Part shown: piece by piece, positions 61,175-64,000 of the stretch
Position numbering within the stretch: position 1 is the first letter of the stretch
How the letters are laid out: each line of letters opens with the position of its first letter
Origin: Malacoraja senta
Taxonomy: Eukaryota
Reading direction: 5' to 3'
Assembly (NCBI GenBank): GCA_038087875.1
Contig: JAXLNO010005889.1
Span: 62,001 to 126,000 of the forward strand
DNA: 64,000 bases
Translations under genes and position numbers: made by a program
The notes under the pieces: generated by a model
Databases searched by the model: none
Seen by the model: only the letters and a program-made list of their open reading frames with translations
Told to the model about the DNA's origin: nothing

Positions 61175-64000
61175 ATAAGATTGGTGATAGGATGTGAACT
61201 ATATAGAGTAATATGCAATCAATAACTAAAAAGTGGCGTGCATGATAAATGTTACTCATGGATGTTGTGCTTTGTGTATTTTCTGTTAACTCATGTATAC
61301 ACACCAATGGAAAATTGTTTCTGGAGGCAAACATCATAGAAACCCAACTTTTATCCAACTATAGCAAGTTTCTTATTTTTGGAGATATCTGAGATTGAGA
61401 GTTATCAAGCTTGCATATAAAGAAAATTAGTGGGTGGGATGAAGCATTTCTGAACTGCGCAATGTCTGGGCAATAGTAATATGTTTAAACACAATGCTGG
61501 TTTACCTGCCTCCCATCTAGTTTGCTCCCTTTGAACAGTAGTAGGTAATGATTAGGTCTACTACGTTCAGTGAATTAGAATAAAATAACTCCCCAGCCTC
61601 AAAACTAGAACCTAGTCCACATCATGAATAATACTAAATGAATAATATAACAGCTTGGTTTCCATTTTCAAGATTAGTCAATGCAAACGAATTTCAGAAG
61701 TGGATTGCAATGTGGCAACACTACACTGTGCATTTGATGCAAATAACCAAGGATGAATTTAACCTCTAATTGGTTTGGAGTGGCTTCAATTCAACCTTTT
61801 ACAACATCCCATTTACCCTCTGGTTTCCTCCACTGCCCCGCCATCGTATCTCCTTGCATTCACATCAAAAACATTCAAGTGTACTTGTGGTATAATAATT
61901 TATTCCGGTTCTACAGCTAATTTTAAACAACAATGAAATGGAATATTTCCAAACAAAGTTCTACAGATGCTGGATGTTGGAAATAAAATAACTTTTTGAA
62001 ATCATGTAATATTTCCAGCACTTTCCCTTCACTGGATTTCCAGCATCTGTTTAAGGGGTTTTATTTTTCTGCTTTTGTTATATATAAGATAGAGTATGGT
62101 ATTTTAAAAAGACGAACTGGTTAAACTATTCTGAAAATCTTTCATTTATAACAAAATAATCTTTAATTATTTCTAATCACAAATATATAATTTCTTTATC
62201 TTTAATTAAAAATAATAACGTGATAACTAATTGCCATGACAACAGCACTGGAGCAAAACATGAAGCTGGGGATTGCTTAAGATTTGTAACGTATTTCATG
62301 TTATTCTATTAACGGGATTTGTTTTGATTATAAATTCTGAGTACAGTTATGTGGATTTGAATTTTTGATTAATTTTGGGCTTGTCCTATTATATGCGAGT
62401 TAAACTGAAATGTCAGGAAAGACTCTATGAATCCTAAAGTGAAGATGTTCTATTTAACCTCGCAATTTATAATTGTAAATTCCATTAAGAAGAGAAAATG
62501 AGGACATAATCCAGACCAGAATTGGGGCAATGCTGGTTGTGTGCCCCTCAGCCAGTTGTTTAGCACAAGATTAACCATTGGACATACGGTAAGCTGCAAG
62601 CCTCGCGTAACACCTCCCCAATAGCTTGTCCATTTAAACGTCAGATCCGTCAGGCAGCAAAGGTAATAGGCCAGCTCCTGCTAATATTTAGTGAGTAACC
62701 CTGTAGAAAAATGGTGGCGAACAGCAGTTTGGGCGTCAGAGTGTTCTGAACTACCCCCAAACAATGCATTGCAATAGGGAAGTACAGAATACATGGGAGG
62801 TCAGATGACCTATCGTTCTGTTACGGGGCACTGAGTGTAGGGGTAATCCACAAAGTCCTGAGCTGAGGCGTGAGACACACTTCATATCACTGGGGTCACC
62901 AGCCATCAAGAAAAGGGATAAGTTTACAAGAGGTTTTAGTTTTATTTCTTTAATTCACGATATGTTTGAGTTTTTATTATTTGACACCAGCTTCCGGTCT
63001 TTTTTTATGGTTTTATAAAATATCTATTTTAAATTATTTAAACCAATTTCAACATTTTTGGTGTGGGCTGGGGTAGGGTGGGGTGTGGTGGGGGATTGAG
63101 TGCAGCCTTTTAGGATGAGGTAGCTGGAGACACTTTGCAAGGTGGCTGTGGAACTGTGGCCTCTTGTCATTTGACTGCCCCGCAACATGTGAGAGTAGCA
63201 ATGGGGGTGGTAGGAAGGTCGAGTGCAGGGAGAGGGACAGATCGAGCATGATCCAGCCCAATATTTGATGAATTGTGTGTTGTACGTGCTCTTCTCCATT
63301 TACTTACATTTATTGCTTCACAAAATTTCTTTTCCTCCTCTTTAGGTTCCTCCACAGCACTTGGCATTCCTTGCTGAGAGGCAGGGTTGGCAAACTCCAT
63401 TCAGGTATCTGCCCATGCTCCTCTGTAACTTCCCTGTAGGTGAAGTGCTCACAGTTGGCTAGTGGTGACACCCAACCTATCACTTCACTGATGCCCCACT
63501 TACCTGTGTCCTGTCCTACCACCACCACCACCTATCTTTGTCCCACCCACTAACATCCCTACCAGGTTTGTGAGCCTCTGTAAACAGTTGTGGCAGCGGA
63601 GCTGGACCCAGTCACTCAGTGACAAAGTTTGTTCATTCATCCTTCTCCTAAGACTCCCACACATAACTTCAGCCAGTCAACATAGACAAACAGTTTTTTC
63701 CTAAGGAGATTTCCAAGTGCACTCTCAATCCCGGAAACCTGATCAGAAGTTTGGCACAATGCTCCATGCATTACAGGAATCAAATATCAGATTTCAATGG
63801 CTCCAGTAAATAAACTCGAAGATTGTTAACATAATCTTGCATCTCATTTTCTTGTAATCTCTTGAAAGACAAGCCATAACAAAAATGGAAATATTATAAC
63901 AAATTAGACAAAAGCTCTCAATTTCCTCACTTTAACTGCCAGAGAGTGTTCAATGAGGCTGTCTGCATTATGCTGAGAATACCCAACTATCAGCTAAACA

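Overview
AT-rich eukaryotic genomic DNA, most likely from a cartilaginous fish (skate/ray-like; inferred from HE1-type V-SINEs and HER1/CR1-type LINEs). The window lies inside one + strand gene, IGSF9B (protein turtle homolog B). Seven phase-consistent coding exons are visible: FN3-1 (two exons), FN3-2 (two exons), transmembrane, a 46-nt juxtamembrane exon and the 1.68-kb cytoplasmic exon. There is also a candidate 46-nt stop-containing exon at 48567-48612. No Ig-domain exon and no terminal exon were recognised. The introns carry about 10 tRNA-derived SINEs, many CR1-type LINE fragments, a Penelope-like (PLE) GIY-YIG fragment, about 18 short PLE-like repeats whose consensus holds a minimal hammerhead motif, and three related TIR elements each with a different internal minisatellite. 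The best find is a 140-bp insertion (60085-60224, minus strand) with an exact 11-bp target-site duplication. Its first 54 nt fold into an HDV-like ribozyme whose predicted cleavage site is the first base of the insertion, followed by a hairpin body and an (AAG)n tail, i.e. a ribozyme-headed mini-retroelement. Also notable is a degenerate intronic echo of the gene's own FN3 exons (25840-26151). Coordinates were counted by eye, repeat boundaries are approximate, and family names come from recall rather than database searches.
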